Below are positions 1 to 7,788 of a DNA stretch of 42,305 bases, in pieces. The translations under genes were made by a program, and so were the position numbers. Position 1 is the first letter of the stretch; every line of letters starts with the position of its first letter. Origin of the DNA: Kofleriaceae bacterium (GTDB taxonomy: Bacteria > Myxococcota_A > Polyangia > Haliangiales > Haliangiaceae); assembly GCA_046597055.1 (NCBI GenBank), contig JBKJLC010000150.1:1-42305 (forward strand), read 5' to 3'. The notes beneath the pieces were generated by a model, which ran no database searches, had not been told where the DNA came from, and was given only the letters and a program-made list of their open reading frames with translations.

Positions 1-113
1 GCCACGTCGCCGACGAGGAGTACGCCGAGATGGCCCGGATCGCCGAGGTGCTCGCCATCCCGGCGCAGATCATCGATCAGACCCTGTCCGGCAGCGCCGC
101 GCCGATGGACTGA
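1..113 (+). CDS. 3' end of a gene, TerB-like C-terminus (partial)
   Basis: Frame from nt 3 reads HVADEEYAEMARIAEVLAIPAQIIDQTLSGSAAPMD*, with GC-rich third positions and TGA at 111-113. It resembles the (DG)xxxxxE...I(A)xxL end of TerB-family domains. Confidence 0.5.
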   Translation, partial: HVADEEYAEMARIAEVLAIPAQIIDQTLSGSAAPMD

Positions 114-227
114 GCCGAGCCGAAGGCGAGGCGGCTCCGATTCCGTACAGATCGGGCGCGGGCTTTGGCCCGCGGCCGACCGATCGAAAGGCAGGGTGGG
201 ATTCGATAGAATCGCACCCTGTGAACC
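110..227 (+). repeat. Structured intergenic repeat, copy 1 (REP/MITE-like or ncRNA)
   Basis: Roughly 85% identical by eye to the reverse complement of 39413-39527. Contains hairpins CGCGGGC-TTTG-GCCCGCG and AGGGTG-G-GATTC-GATA-GAATC-G-CACCCT. Confidence 0.85.
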
Positions 228-513
228 CGAGCGCCGCGCGGCGCGCGCGGCGGCCCACCGGGCGGAACCGCACGTTCCCGCGGCACCGCGGTTCGCGGCC
301 GCGCCGCGCGGCGCGCGGCCAGCGGACGGATGTGGGTGGGGCGCTGCGCGCTCGGTGCGGACCCGGCCCGGCGCCGGCGACCGACGGCGCGTACAGCGGG
401 GCCGACCGACCTGCGTACATGTCAGCCGACGCGCCCGGCCGTGGGCCCCGGTTTGCAGGGTTCCGGGACGAGCCATTTCGGCCCGGGCCAACGAGCCCGA
501 AGCGGGGGAAGCG

Positions 514-687
514 ATGTCATTCGGTATCTACATTGTGGGCTACATCATCTTGATCGTCGGACTGGCCATCGGCGCCAACATGCTCGATGTACCGGCCCAG
601 TGGATCGGCGTGGCGGCGTTGTGCCTGACCGGCATCGCGATCGTTCATGGAGTGACCGTCACCCGCCAGAAGGACCAGGCGAGCTGA
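514..687 (+). CDS. Small two-TM membrane protein (57 aa)
   Basis: ATG at 514 after GGGGGAA. MSFGIYIVGYIILIVGLAIGANMLDVPAQWIGVAALCLTGIAIVHGVTVTRQKDQAS has two hydrophobic helices. Confidence 0.8.
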   Translation: MSFGIYIVGYIILIVGLAIGANMLDVPAQWIGVAALCLTGIAIVHGVTVTRQKDQAS

Positions 688-715
688 GCCGAGCCTGATC
701 CGAGCCGGGCGGGCA

Positions 716-1057
716 TCAGCGCCCGGAGGGGCGACGACGGCCGACCCGGAAGCTGATCGTTCCCGGCACCGGCGTGTCGTGATCGTAGTGGTACGCGGCG
801 GCGGCGGCGCAGATCCGTGCGAGGCCGTCACGCAGCTGAGCGTCGCCCGCGGCGAGGCGCTCGACCTTGCGCGCCGCGATCGCGCGGATCTTCGCGGACG
901 CGTCATACGCGGGCCAACGCTGATCCGGCATCACGGCGCGGACCGCGCGCGCCCACGCGTGGCCGATGCGATTGGCCGCGCTGGCGTTCCAGGTGAGGTG
1001 CTGGCCGAGACAGGACTCGCAGAGCGGCGGCTGGCGCTGGCAGGTGGGGCAGGTCAC
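716..1057 (-). CDS. Hypothetical protein with N-terminal CxxC...CxxC (putative Zn-binding)
   Basis: Probable GTG start at 1057: VTCPTCQRQPPLCESCLGQH followed by a helical Ala/Arg-rich body. Start is uncertain. Confidence 0.55.
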   Translation of the reverse strand: MTCPTCQRQPPLCESCLGQHLTWNASAANRIGHAWARAVRAVMPDQRWPAYDASAKIRAIAARKVERLAAGDAQLRDGLARICAAAAAYHYDHDTPVPGTISFRVGRRRPSGR

Positions 1058-1165
1058 CTCGAAGCGTAACCGGCGGCCCTGACCCGCGGCCCGACCTCGT
1101 CGAAAGCACGACCGGCTCCGGCGGGCGTGCCGCGGGAGCCGGTCGGTGGTCACGGGGGCGCGTGG

Positions 1166-1840
1166 TCAGTTGATGCGGACGTACACGCCACCGCGCCACT
1201 CGAAGCGGGCGCCGGTGGAGACGGGCGTGGGCGCCGGGTAGGCCGGCTCGGGCTCCTGGTAACGCACCGCGCGGGGCGCGCGCGGGGTGCGCGCGTCGTT
1301 GCCGCACTCGAAGCGATCGTGGCGGTCGTGAAGGTCGCGACGGTCGTGGCGATCGTCGGTGCGGCGATCGACGGTGTTGCCGTGGCGGTGGCGCGGCGCG
1401 GCCGCCACGGTGATCAGGCCGTACACCTCGAGGTGCGCGGTCTCGCGGGCCCGCCAGTACGGTCCGGTGTTCCCGTAGTCGAGCACCAGCATCTTGACCG
1501 GCAGCGGGTAGGCGGGGACGTCGATGACGACGCGCTCGCCGGGGCGCAGCGTGCCGCGCACGCCGGCGGTGCGCAGCTGACCGTCGGCGTACTGGATCTT
1601 CACCTGGTCGAGCGCGACCGGGTTGCCGCTCGCGCGGAGCTCGAGGCGCTGGAACTGCTGCGCGGCGGAGACCGGGACGTAGTCCTCGGCATCATGCGTG
1701 TGGGTGCCGACCGTACCGATGAGGACCGCTTGCGTGGTCGGGCGGGTGGTCGGGGCGTGGTCGGCGGCCGCGAGGGCAGGGAAGGCCAGGGCAGCCGCGA
1801 GCACGGTGGCGAGAGACAGGGTCTTGTTCTTGTTGGTCAT
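1166..1840 (-). CDS. Secreted protein, DUF2541-like beta domain with His/Asp/Arg-rich tail
   Basis: GAGGAG RBS; signal peptide MTNKNKTLSLATVLAAALAFPALAAA; LELRASGNPVALDQVKIQYADG...LRPGERVVIDVP pattern. Confidence 0.7.
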   Translation of the reverse strand: MTNKNKTLSLATVLAAALAFPALAAADHAPTTRPTTQAVLIGTVGTHTHDAEDYVPVSAAQQFQRLELRASGNPVALDQVKIQYADGQLRTAGVRGTLRPGERVVIDVPAYPLPVKMLVLDYGNTGPYWRARETAHLEVYGLITVAAAPRHRHGNTVDRRTDDRHDRRDLHDRHDRFECGNDARTPRAPRAVRYQEPEPAYPAPTPVSTGARFEWRGGVYVRIN

Positions 1841-1991
1841 TGTGATGACTCCTCGCCTGGTGAGACGAGCCGCCGCCGAGACCCTTCACCATCCTGCGTG
1901 AAATGGCAGTTCCTCCGATGAGCGCTGACGCCTCAGGACCTTGCCGAGGTGCTGCCAGCTCGGCAGGGTCCGCGCCGCCCGGCGTGCGGTG

Positions 1992-3752
1992 TCAGCGCAG
2001 GTAGTACGGCGTGGCGAGCGCCGACCGGCACTGCCAGTTGTAGCTGCGCAGCTGGCCCGTCTGGCCGCGGCTGGCCACGCCGGCGACCAGCCGGTCGGCG
2101 GCCGCGCGCAGGGTCGCGTCGGTCTTGCCCTGGTAGAACCAGGCCATCGCGACCGCGTAGGCCGACTCGCCCCAGTGCTCGTCGAACTCGTCGACCTCGG
2201 CCGAGGCGACGCCCGCGCCCATCCAGTAGTAGGGCTTGCCGGTGCCGTCGAGGCCGTGGCGCGCGATCATGCGGCCGAGCTCGACGATCGCGGTCCGGGC
2301 CACGGCGCGGCGGGTGCCGGTGGTGCGGCGGGCGTACGCGTCGAGGCCGTCGGCGAGGATCGCGCTCATCCACGGGCTGCAGCCGACGTACCCGTAGGGC
2401 TCGTCGTGGGCCGTGGCGTCGTGGGCGAAGCAGCGCGCGTCGGTCGCCCAGGCGGCCGCGGCGTTGTCCTGCATCGCCGCATAGGCGGTCACCGCGACGT
2501 CGGACCAGCCGGTGAAGGTCGCCACTCGGTCGTCGCTCACCAGCGCGGCCCACTCGTAGGCGAGGAGGGCGAAGCCGGCATGGCGCTCGGTCCAGAAGTC
2601 GGCGCCGCCCGCGTAGCCCGGATCGGTCCACAGGTCGTGGCTGCGGATCGCGACGTTCTCGACCGCCTCGCGGAACCGGGTGTCACCGGTCAGGAGGTAG
2701 TGAATCGCCATGCCCTGGGTGTAGTGGTACTTGAGGTCGCCCGAGGCGCCCGGCACGCCGATGCGCGTCGCGCTGCCGGTTCCGGTGATGCCAGCGCGGT
2801 AGATCGCGGCCTCGCGGTACCCGTCGCGCAGCACCGAGGTGGCGCCGCCGTAGGCGTAGCCGCGGAAGAGCGCGGTCGGCCGATCGTAGAGCCACGAGCC
2901 CGCGCTGCCCTGGAGCGCGAGGAACGCGGTCGTGCCCCACCGGGCGTGATCGCAGATGGCCTGCCACGCGTCGAGCGCGGTGCCGGCGACCACGCCGCGA
3001 CGGATCACGGGGCCCGCGACCTTGGACGTCGCCAGCCACGGGACCGGCAGGTACGCCCAGACCCGCGGGCCGCTGGTGCCGTCGACCGCGACCAGGGTGG
3101 TCGAGACCTCGGCCATGGTCAGCGCGGCGGCGGTCGCCGCGACCCCGAGTTGCACGTCGACGGCGGTGACCAGCGCCGGGTCGACGTCGATCTGGAGCTG
3201 CACCGACCGCAGCGAGCCGTCGGGATAGGTCGCCAGCGCGCCGCGCGCGGCCGCCAGCTCGACGCCGGTCGTGCGCTGGACGCGGGTGAGCGCGACGTTG
3301 GTGAGCGTGGCCGGCGGCAGCGGGACCGCGAAGTTCACCCGCTGCACCCCGGTGACGCCCGACTGCGCGGCCAGCGTGACCCGGACCGAGTACGGAAGCG
3401 CCACCACGGTCACGCTGTCGGGACCTTCGGGGGCATCGGGATCGGTGCCGCCACCGGCGCCGGCGTCGACCGGGGGCGGGACCGCGGCGTCGACCGGGGG
3501 CGGGACCGCGGCGTCGGCGAGTCGCGCGTCGGGCGCGCCGGCATCGGGCGCGCTGCCGTCCGGCGCCGCGCCGTCGGTGGCGCCGGCATCGAGCAGCCCG
3601 GCATCGGGCGGGCAGGCCGGCCGGCGCGGGCCGCCGCAGCGTCGTTCGATCGCGCTCTGCATGTCGTCGGCGCCATCTGGCCCCGGGTCGGCGCAGCCGC
3701 CGCCCAGCGCGAGCCCCAGGACCGCCGTCAGTGCGATTCGTCTCGTTGGCAT
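1992..3752 (-). CDS. Lipoprotein, PcRGLX/YetA-like (N-terminal RIFT barrel plus alpha/alpha-toroid), putative polysaccharide-acting enzyme
   Basis: Lipobox LGGGC; DAG-rich linker; VNFAVPLPP...LATYPDGSLRSV and HYTQGMAIHYLLTGDTRFREA motifs resemble PcRGLX/YetA-type proteins. The family call is inference. Confidence 0.65.
   Translation of the reverse strand: MPTRRIALTAVLGLALGGGCADPGPDGADDMQSAIERRCGGPRRPACPPDAGLLDAGATDGAAPDGSAPDAGAPDARLADAAVPPPVDAAVPPPVDAGAGGGTDPDAPEGPDSVTVVALPYSVRVTLAAQSGVTGVQRVNFAVPLPPATLTNVALTRVQRTTGVELAAARGALATYPDGSLRSVQLQIDVDPALVTAVDVQLGVAATAAALTMAEVSTTLVAVDGTSGPRVWAYLPVPWLATSKVAGPVIRRGVVAGTALDAWQAICDHARWGTTAFLALQGSAGSWLYDRPTALFRGYAYGGATSVLRDGYREAAIYRAGITGTGSATRIGVPGASGDLKYHYTQGMAIHYLLTGDTRFREAVENVAIRSHDLWTDPGYAGGADFWTERHAGFALLAYEWAALVSDDRVATFTGWSDVAVTAYAAMQDNAAAAWATDARCFAHDATAHDEPYGYVGCSPWMSAILADGLDAYARRTTGTRRAVARTAIVELGRMIARHGLDGTGKPYYWMGAGVASAEVDEFDEHWGESAYAVAMAWFYQGKTDATLRAAADRLVAGVASRGQTGQLRSYNWQCRSALATPYYLR
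3461..3516. repeat. 24-bp perfect tandem duplication in linker (DAAVPPPV x2)
   Basis: CGGCGTCGACCGGGGGCGGGACCG at 3461-3484 and 3485-3508, plus a partial third unit. Confidence 0.9.
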
Positions 3753-3932
3753 TGCCGGAGACCATGCGGGATCGAACGGGACTGACAATTACAATTCGAA
3801 CGATTCGGTTTGTTCTCAAAGTAATGGTATCGCGCGATGCGCTCACGCGCGATCAGCGCCAGTGATCCCACACGGGCGCATGCGGCGATCTCGCACCGAC
3901 ATGTGCCGCGGTGCCGGCGCACGCGCAGCGCG

Positions 3933-5462
3933 TCAGTGCACGCGCTTCACGCCCAGCCGATCCTTCGGCCGCGCCGGCCGGACCAGCCGGTTGTTCAGAT
4001 AGTCCTCCATGACCTGCTTCCGCTTGGGCAGGAAGTTGTTCACCAGCGCGTCGGAGATGCGGAAGCGCGGCGCGCCGTCGACCAGCTCGGTCTCGCGTTC
4101 GGTCACGTGGGCGAAGCCGAGCGCGCTCGGCGAGATCAGTCCGTTGCCCAGCGCCCGGCCGGCGCTCAGCCGGTGACATCCGGCGCACGACAGCGCCAGG
4201 GCGCGACCGACGATGTCGTCGGGCGTCAGCGGGCTCCCGAGCGTGGCGAGGCGGTCGGCGATCGCGGTGCGGAGCGCGCTGGGGCCGGGGCCGAACTGCG
4301 CGAGGTAGTTGTTCTCGAGCGACCCCGACGCCTGGCTCTGCGACGCATTGAAGACGTCGGGCAGGTCGAGATCGATGGTCTCGAGCGTCGGCGCCGCCAG
4401 CGCCGCCACCTGCTCGACAAACGCGGCGCGGAACGCCGCGGCCTGGGGATGGGTGGAGTCGGGGCGGAACAGCTCACCCGCTGGGTTGCCCTTCACCGAG
4501 ACCGGCACCATGCGCAGGGCGGTGCAGCCGGCGCCGGCGCACGTGCGCAGCAGCTGGAACTCCCGCAGATTCCAGATCAGGGGCACCATCTGCGTGGCCA
4601 TGAACTGGTTGGTCCGCACCTGGCCGGCCCCGGTGGGGCCGCCGCCGAGGTGGTCGACGTGAATCACCGGCAGCACGCTGGGCAGGCCGGCGAAGTAGAA
4701 TTGATCGAGCCGCTGGGCGCGCTCGTCGACGCTGGCGATGCCGGACAGGTCGGCCCAGAACTCGACGATCTTGCGGCACCCCTTCAGGCCCTGCTGCGGG
4801 TGGGGATTGGCCAGGGCCGACTCGATGATGATGAGGTTGCGGTCGCGCGGCGCGGCGATGCCGGCCCGGCGCGCGTAGACGATGCGGTATTCGCCGCAGG
4901 TCGATGCATCCGACGGCGTCAGGTCGAACCGGTTGAACAGGCCGATCGGCACGAACTCGTTCGGGTTGGTGCCAGGGGCGACGAACGGATCGACCGCGGC
5001 CAGCGCGCCCTCGGACGGTGCCGGCCGGCAGGTGTAGGGGAAGCCGTTGAGGCGGGGCAGGCCGTCGGCGCCGACCACGTCGTCGCAGTGGGGTCCGAGC
5101 CCGAGGCCGGGCCGCGGGTTCTGGGTATCCCACCATTGCTGGAACAGCCCGAGTGACGTCAGCCCGGGGACCCCGCTCTGCTGGACCAGCTGGTCGAGCA
5201 CGCGCTGGAAGGAGAAGCGAGCGAGTATCGCGTGCTCGGTGACTGCCAGTGACCGCCGGGGATCGATGGTGACCAGGGGTGGCGCGGCGACCGCCCCGCC
5301 GTCGGGTCGACCGTTCTCGCCGTCGAGCTGGGCCTCGTCGGTGTTCTCGCCACCGGGGGCCGAGATGCGCGGCGCCGCCGACTCGTCGGAGAGACACCCT
5401 GATGTGGTCCCGGCGAATACGGTCATCACTGCCAGCCAGTACGCGCGATCTCGATGGGGCAT
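3933..5462 (-). CDS. Lipoprotein with C-terminal CXXCH (putative c-type cytochrome)
   Basis: ATG at 5462; MPHRDRAYWLAVMTVFAGTTSGC signal/lipobox; LSCAGCHRL near the C-terminus; FVPIGLFNRFDL...GEYRIVY core. Confidence 0.7.
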   Translation of the reverse strand: MPHRDRAYWLAVMTVFAGTTSGCLSDESAAPRISAPGGENTDEAQLDGENGRPDGGAVAAPPLVTIDPRRSLAVTEHAILARFSFQRVLDQLVQQSGVPGLTSLGLFQQWWDTQNPRPGLGLGPHCDDVVGADGLPRLNGFPYTCRPAPSEGALAAVDPFVAPGTNPNEFVPIGLFNRFDLTPSDASTCGEYRIVYARRAGIAAPRDRNLIIIESALANPHPQQGLKGCRKIVEFWADLSGIASVDERAQRLDQFYFAGLPSVLPVIHVDHLGGGPTGAGQVRTNQFMATQMVPLIWNLREFQLLRTCAGAGCTALRMVPVSVKGNPAGELFRPDSTHPQAAAFRAAFVEQVAALAAPTLETIDLDLPDVFNASQSQASGSLENNYLAQFGPGPSALRTAIADRLATLGSPLTPDDIVGRALALSCAGCHRLSAGRALGNGLISPSALGFAHVTERETELVDGAPRFRISDALVNNFLPKRKQVMEDYLNNRLVRPARPKDRLGVKRVH

Positions 5463-5513
5463 CGTCCACCAATGCGCCTGTTGGTATCGGTCAATCAATG
5501 AGTATGACAGTTG

Positions 5514-5528
5514 TCGTAATCATTACGA
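5514..5528. promoter_or_regulatory. 7-1-7 inverted repeat, candidate Fur-family operator
   Basis: TCGTAAT-C-ATTACGA, a perfect IR in an AT-rich patch ~50 bp upstream of the ATG at 5462. Confidence 0.5.
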
Positions 5529-5631
5529 ATCCGTGTCGCGGCAGCACCCGAGTGCAAGGCTGCCCACGGCGCTGGATCGCCGCTACCCGACCACCACCCG
5601 ACGAAGGCCCGGCGGCGCGATCATCGGCTCG

Positions 5632-5826
5632 ATGACCGCGCTGGAGCTCCTGGATCCGGCCTGGCGCGAGGCGGTGGCCGCGGTCGACGCGGGTGACCGC
5701 GGCCGCGCACCTGCTCGCCCGCGGCGCCACCGCGAGCCTGGCCGCGGTCGCGTGCCTGGGTACCGCCGAGCAGCGCGCCGCCCGGGTCGGCGCCGCCAGC
5801 CCCGATGCCGAGCCGATGAGGCCTGA
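5632..5826 (+). pseudogene. Internally deleted, frameshifted ankyrin-repeat gene remnant
   Basis: MTALELLDPAWREAVAAVDAGD in one frame runs at ~5695 into TAAAHLLARGATASLAAVACLG in another. Both resemble segments normally far apart in bacterial ankyrin proteins. Confidence 0.5.
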
Positions 5827-5931
5827 CCGATCGATCTCCGGTCGGTTTCGACGACCGCTCGTGGCGTTTGGAGGCGACACGCGCGGCTCGGTGGTGGGCG
5901 CACCGCTTCTGCTCGGCGCGCACGCCACCGG

Positions 5932-6558
5932 CTACCGCCCGGCGAGGCGGGCCAGGGTCGCCGGATCGAGGATCGCGGCGAACGGCTCGTCGTCGGCGAG
6001 CTCGGCGGCCGCGCGCGGATCGAGGGCGATCGCGCGCGCGAGCTCGGCGATGGTCTCGTCGGTGCGGCCGAGCCGCGCGAGGGCCTCGGCGCGCTTGTAG
6101 CGCAGGTGCGGATCGTCGACGCCAGCGGCGATCGCGGTGTCGGCGGCGGCCAGCGCCGAGTCGAGATCGCCGACGCGCAAGCAGGTGAGGATCAGGTTGA
6201 GCCAGGCCTTGGTGAACCGCGGGTCGAGCCGGATCGCGTCGCCGTAAGCGGCAGCGGCCAGGTCGTCGCGGCCCATCGCCTCGAACGCCCAGCCCCGGCC
6301 GAAGTGGGGCTCGGGTGCGTCCGGTGCGAGCACGATGCAGCGGTCGCACGCGGCCAGCGACGCGCCCAGCGCGCCAGCCTCGGCGCACGCCACCGCGAGC
6401 AGATACCAGCCCGCGGCGTCGTCGGGATCGGTGGCGACCGCCGCCTCGGCGTGGGTGCGCGCGCCGTCGGCGTCGCCGGCGCCCAGCCGGGTCACCACCG
6501 TGGCGAGCGCGGGCTCGGCGTCGGCGCGGGCGTGGAGCTCGTCGAGCCAGCGGGTCAC
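5932..6558 (-). CDS. Tetratricopeptide repeat protein
   Basis: Probable GTG start at 6558; repeated TPR motifs (DPDDAAGWYLLA, APDAPEPHFGRG, DPRFTKAWLNL, ELARAIALDP). Confidence 0.8.
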   Translation of the reverse strand: MTRWLDELHARADAEPALATVVTRLGAGDADGARTHAEAAVATDPDDAAGWYLLAVACAEAGALGASLAACDRCIVLAPDAPEPHFGRGWAFEAMGRDDLAAAAYGDAIRLDPRFTKAWLNLILTCLRVGDLDSALAAADTAIAAGVDDPHLRYKRAEALARLGRTDETIAELARAIALDPRAAAELADDEPFAAILDPATLARLAGR

Positions 6559-6618
6559 CGCGTGATTGTCGCTGGGCGGTCGACGCGCGCAAGCGGGTCG
6601 CCGTTGTAACGTGCGCGC

Positions 6619-7662
6619 ATGATGAAGCTGCCGACCTGGACGATCGGGACGCTCGCCGCGGTCGCGCTGGGTGGCTCCGGGTGCGCTCGCCCGGCGCCCA
6701 GCAGCCCGCCGACGCCCGCCGAGGCCAGTGCGCCGGCCGCCCCGGTCGCGGCCGGGCCGGGCCGGGTGCTCGAGGGCCGCTTCCTCGCCGGCTCGCTCGG
6801 CGTCGAGAAGCGGTACCGGGCCTGGCTGCCCGGTGGCTACGACGCCGACCCGGCCCGGCGCTGGCCGGTCGTGTACATGCTGCACGGGCTGGGCGGCGAC
6901 GAGGACAACTGGCTCGAGGGCGGCAAGCTCGACGTCGCCGCCGACGCGATCGGCCTGTCGGCGATCGTCGTGATGCCCGACGGCGACACCTCGTTCTACG
7001 TCAACCGCGCGACGCCGTACGTCCCGGCCGCATGCCGGCGCGGCCCGCGGCCGTTCACCCGCGAGCCGGCCGAGACGCACTGCGTGCAGGAGGCGCGCTA
7101 CGAGGACTACATCACGCGTGATCTGATCGGGCACGTCGACGCGACCTACCGCACCCTCGCCGAGCGGCGCGGCCGCGCGATCGGCGGGCTGTCGATGGGC
7201 GGCTTCGGCGCGCTGATGCTCGCGATGCGCCACCCCGATCTGTACGCGTCGGCGGCGTCGCACTCGGGCATCGATGCGCTGCTGTACGCGGGCCCGTACC
7301 CGTACGCGCCCGGCAAGGTCGAGCTGGTCGCCGACGTGGCGCGCTGGGCCGACGGCCTGGAGCCGCTCGGCAGCTTCGCGCGCGGGATCTTCGGCCCCGA
7401 CCTCGCGGGTTGGCAGGCCCACGATCCCGCGTACCTCGCCGGCAAGCTCGAGCCGGGCGCGCTCGCGCTGTACGTCGACGCCGGCAGCGAGGACCGGCTC
7501 GGGCTCCAGCATGGCGCGCAGCACCTGCACGCGGTGCTGCAGGCGCGCGGCATCGAGCATGCCTGGTACTACGGGCCCGGCGATCACGACTTCGCGTTCT
7601 GGTCGCAGCGCATCGACGACAGCCTGGCGTTTCACGCCAGGGTCTTTGCGCAGCAGCCGTGA
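6619..7662 (+). CDS. Alpha/beta-hydrolase esterase lipoprotein (putative esterase / FrmB-like)
   Basis: Lipobox GGSGC; WPVVYMLHGLGG; nucleophile motif GLSMGG; DAGSED; GDHDFAFW. Confidence 0.9.
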   Translation: MMKLPTWTIGTLAAVALGGSGCARPAPSSPPTPAEASAPAAPVAAGPGRVLEGRFLAGSLGVEKRYRAWLPGGYDADPARRWPVVYMLHGLGGDEDNWLEGGKLDVAADAIGLSAIVVMPDGDTSFYVNRATPYVPAACRRGPRPFTREPAETHCVQEARYEDYITRDLIGHVDATYRTLAERRGRAIGGLSMGGFGALMLAMRHPDLYASAASHSGIDALLYAGPYPYAPGKVELVADVARWADGLEPLGSFARGIFGPDLAGWQAHDPAYLAGKLEPGALALYVDAGSEDRLGLQHGAQHLHAVLQARGIEHAWYYGPGDHDFAFWSQRIDDSLAFHARVFAQQP

Positions 7663-7788
7663 CCGCGGGCGCGGCCGTTGGCTGTGATTCTTGCGAAGCC
7701 CGCCCGCCCGTCGATCGGTCGGCCGCGGCCCGGAGGCCGGGTCCGCGCCGTCCGGAACCCGCGTCGCCTCGCGTCGCGCGGCTTCAGG

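Noticed and set aside
228..330. Nested GC-only inverted repeats after repeat copy 1
   Set aside because: Not shared with copy 2 and expected by chance at this GC content.
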